From an uncultured Woeseiaceae bacterium (GTDB lineage Bacteria; Pseudomonadota; Gammaproteobacteria; Steroidobacterales; PWYM01): a DNA stretch of 41,530 bases. The notes under the pieces are model-generated. The model did no database searches. It was not told the DNA's origin and saw only the letters and a program-made list of their open reading frames with translations. Positions 39,970 to 41,530 of this stretch are shown here, piece after piece. Both the position numbers and the translations under genes were made by a program. Numbering within the stretch: position 1 is the first letter of the stretch; the number at the start of each line of letters is the position of its first letter. The DNA lies in assembly GCA_964384925.1 (NCBI GenBank), contig CAYLNP010000004.1:1-41530 (forward strand), given 5' to 3'.

Positions 39970-41034
39970 TCAGTCCCGCGCCACCCGGAAGCCGAACGTG
40001 AACCTGCGATCCGTGGCATTCATCTTCAGCCTGAACGCAGGCCGCGTACTCGCCGCGATCGCCGTCCAGCCCTGTCCGCGCATCACGCGCAGACCGCAGT
40101 CCGCACCGGTGAGTCTCGCCGCCTGGTTGGAAGGCGCGTCGCTGTGGTCGTCGTTCCAGCAATCGGCAACCCACTCATTGGCGTTGCCCAGCATGCCATG
40201 CAGACCGAAGGGGTTTGCAGCCGTTTCGTGAACGGGCGCTGTCGTTGCATGGCCGTCGCGACAGTCCTCTCCTTTCCAGTTGTCCATCATCTCGTACTTG
40301 ATCTCGGTTTGGTCCCAGCCGAAGCGCTCCCGTGTGGTAATGTCGCCGAGATTAACGAACTCACATATTTGTTCGGGGTCGTCACCGAACCAGTAAACAG
40401 TCTGGGTGCCGGCGCGCACTGCATACTCCCACTCCGATTCGCTCGCCAGTCGGTAGGGTTGGCCGGTCTTGCTGCCCAGCCAGGCTAGATATGCCTGTGC
40501 GTCGAGCCAGTTAACACAGGTGACCGGATGCCCGTCGCCCTGGTCGATGCCGGCGTCCTGCCAGTTTCGAGCCTCATCGAACAACCACTCGCTGCCCACG
40601 AAGTGCCAGCACCCCGGGGCCGGTGAATAGCCGGTCGCTGCGACAAACTGCGCGAACTCGCCTCGGGAGACCTCGTATTTCCCAAGATAGAACGGCCGCT
40701 CCACGGTCACACGATGCACGGGCTGCTCACGTGTGGCCCAGAATTCCGGCAAGCCGAGCTTGCGCGGCTCCGTGATATCGGCACCCATCAGAAATTCGCC
40801 GGCAGGGATCAGTACCAATTCGGGGCAGGTCGTGCAGTCGCGAGTCACCTCGGTGACAGCGATATTGGAGGTGCGCTTCTCCGGAGGCTGGCCGGCGACC
40901 AGGCTCGTGCTTGAACACAGCGCGATACAGCCGAGCACGGCTCGCAATAGGACTGCGGGGCAGCTTGCCGGCTGTGCACTGGCGGCGCTAGCTTGAACGT
41001 GAGTGTGTCGCCCGGTGATATCCGCGATCATCAT
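39970..41034 (-). CDS. Formylglycine-generating-enzyme (SUMF1/EgtB/PvdO) domain protein, probably exported
   Basis: RDCTTCPELVLIPAGEFLMG, PVTCVNWLDA, RLASESEWEYA, NPFGLHGMLGNANEW and FGFRVARD. Likely ATG at 41034/41031 behind GAGGGG; hydrophobic stretch before the domain. Confidence 0.88.
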   Translation of the reverse strand: MMIADITGRHTHVQASAASAQPASCPAVLLRAVLGCIALCSSTSLVAGQPPEKRTSNIAVTEVTRDCTTCPELVLIPAGEFLMGADITEPRKLGLPEFWATREQPVHRVTVERPFYLGKYEVSRGEFAQFVAATGYSPAPGCWHFVGSEWLFDEARNWQDAGIDQGDGHPVTCVNWLDAQAYLAWLGSKTGQPYRLASESEWEYAVRAGTQTVYWFGDDPEQICEFVNLGDITTRERFGWDQTEIKYEMMDNWKGEDCRDGHATTAPVHETAANPFGLHGMLGNANEWVADCWNDDHSDAPSNQAARLTGADCGLRVMRGQGWTAIAASTRPAFRLKMNATDRRFTFGFRVARD

Positions 41035-41224
41035 GGCCCCTCGGCAGCTCCGCGCCAACTCGTTGCGCATCGCTGCCCAGTATGACGCAACGAGCCTATT
41101 GACCTTATGCATTGTGCGCATGAGGGCGGTCGTCATTCGAATTGTTATATTTGCCGACATCCCGATAATCTCAACTGGTTCGCGTGCGAATGCTTCTGTG
41201 TGCGCTTACCTACAGGTGTCGCCA

Positions 41225-41530
41225 ATGATCAATACTCTGCGCCAAGCCCTTGTTCGAGACTTGGTCGTGTCACGCGGAGCGTCGGAGAACTTTGCAGCGG
41301 ATTCCATAGACGCCCGCCGTCGTCAGCTGCTGGGTGGAGCGCCGCTGGCCCTGGCCGGTCTTGGCATGCTCCCAGGCAGTCTGAATGCATCCACGGTTAG
41401 TCAATTCCCTCCGTACGACGATGGATTTATCCACTTAACGGACGCCCGCGAAAAGTTCACCGCACTGTTCAGACTCGAGCGCGACCTTCGAGACGAAGGC
41501 ACGGCGCTGTCGACCTACCAGTTTCTGATG
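41225..41530 (+). CDS. Partial Tat-signal protein, tentatively DUF1838-like; runs off the right edge
   Basis: Manual translation, open to the window end: MINTLRQ...DARRRQLLGGAPLALAGLGMLPGSLNA...IHLTDAREKFTALFRLERDLRDEG. Twin-arginine motif plus hydrophobic stretch. The family guess rests only on resemblance. Confidence 0.55.
   Translation, partial: MINTLRQALVRDLVVSRGASENFAADSIDARRRQLLGGAPLALAGLGMLPGSLNASTVSQFPPYDDGFIHLTDAREKFTALFRLERDLRDEGTALSTYQFLM

Overview
GC-rich bacterial chromosomal window; the gene content and order (single-chain large PurL, glyA-nrdR-ribD-ribE-ribB-ribH-nusB-thiL-pgpA facing xseB-ispA-dxs-folE2) look gammaproteobacterial. Left end (1-8 kb): a doubly deleted P1B heavy-metal ATPase remnant, an RsbQ-like hydrolase coupled to a PAS-PAS histidine kinase, a Ser/Thr kinase plus PP2C phosphatase pair, a GntR regulator, a DMT transporter and an orphan TagH-type FHA protein. 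Middle (8-34 kb): mostly housekeeping genes, plus a carotenoid-cleavage-family dioxygenase, an HDAC-family deacetylase, a Ser/Thr kinase with a cNMP-binding domain, and a rubrerythrin/Fe-S oxidoreductase/DUF3501 cluster with a clear promoter and a 7-1-7 operator. Right end (34.7-41.5 kb): a tight six-gene minus-strand operon (FGE-like protein, exported DUF3604 PHP-type metallohydrolase, membrane-anchored PPIase, three HupE/UreJ-type proteins) and a divergent, truncated Tat-signal ORF missing from the supplied track. The best candidates for uncharacterised biology are the DUF3604/PPIase/HupE-UreJ cassette, the kinase-phosphatase-FHA module with no T6SS genes in the window, and a PpsR/CrtJ-like operator in front of dxs. 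No rRNA, tRNA, CRISPR array, transposase or integrase was seen. All family calls come from motif recognition by eye; no database search was run.
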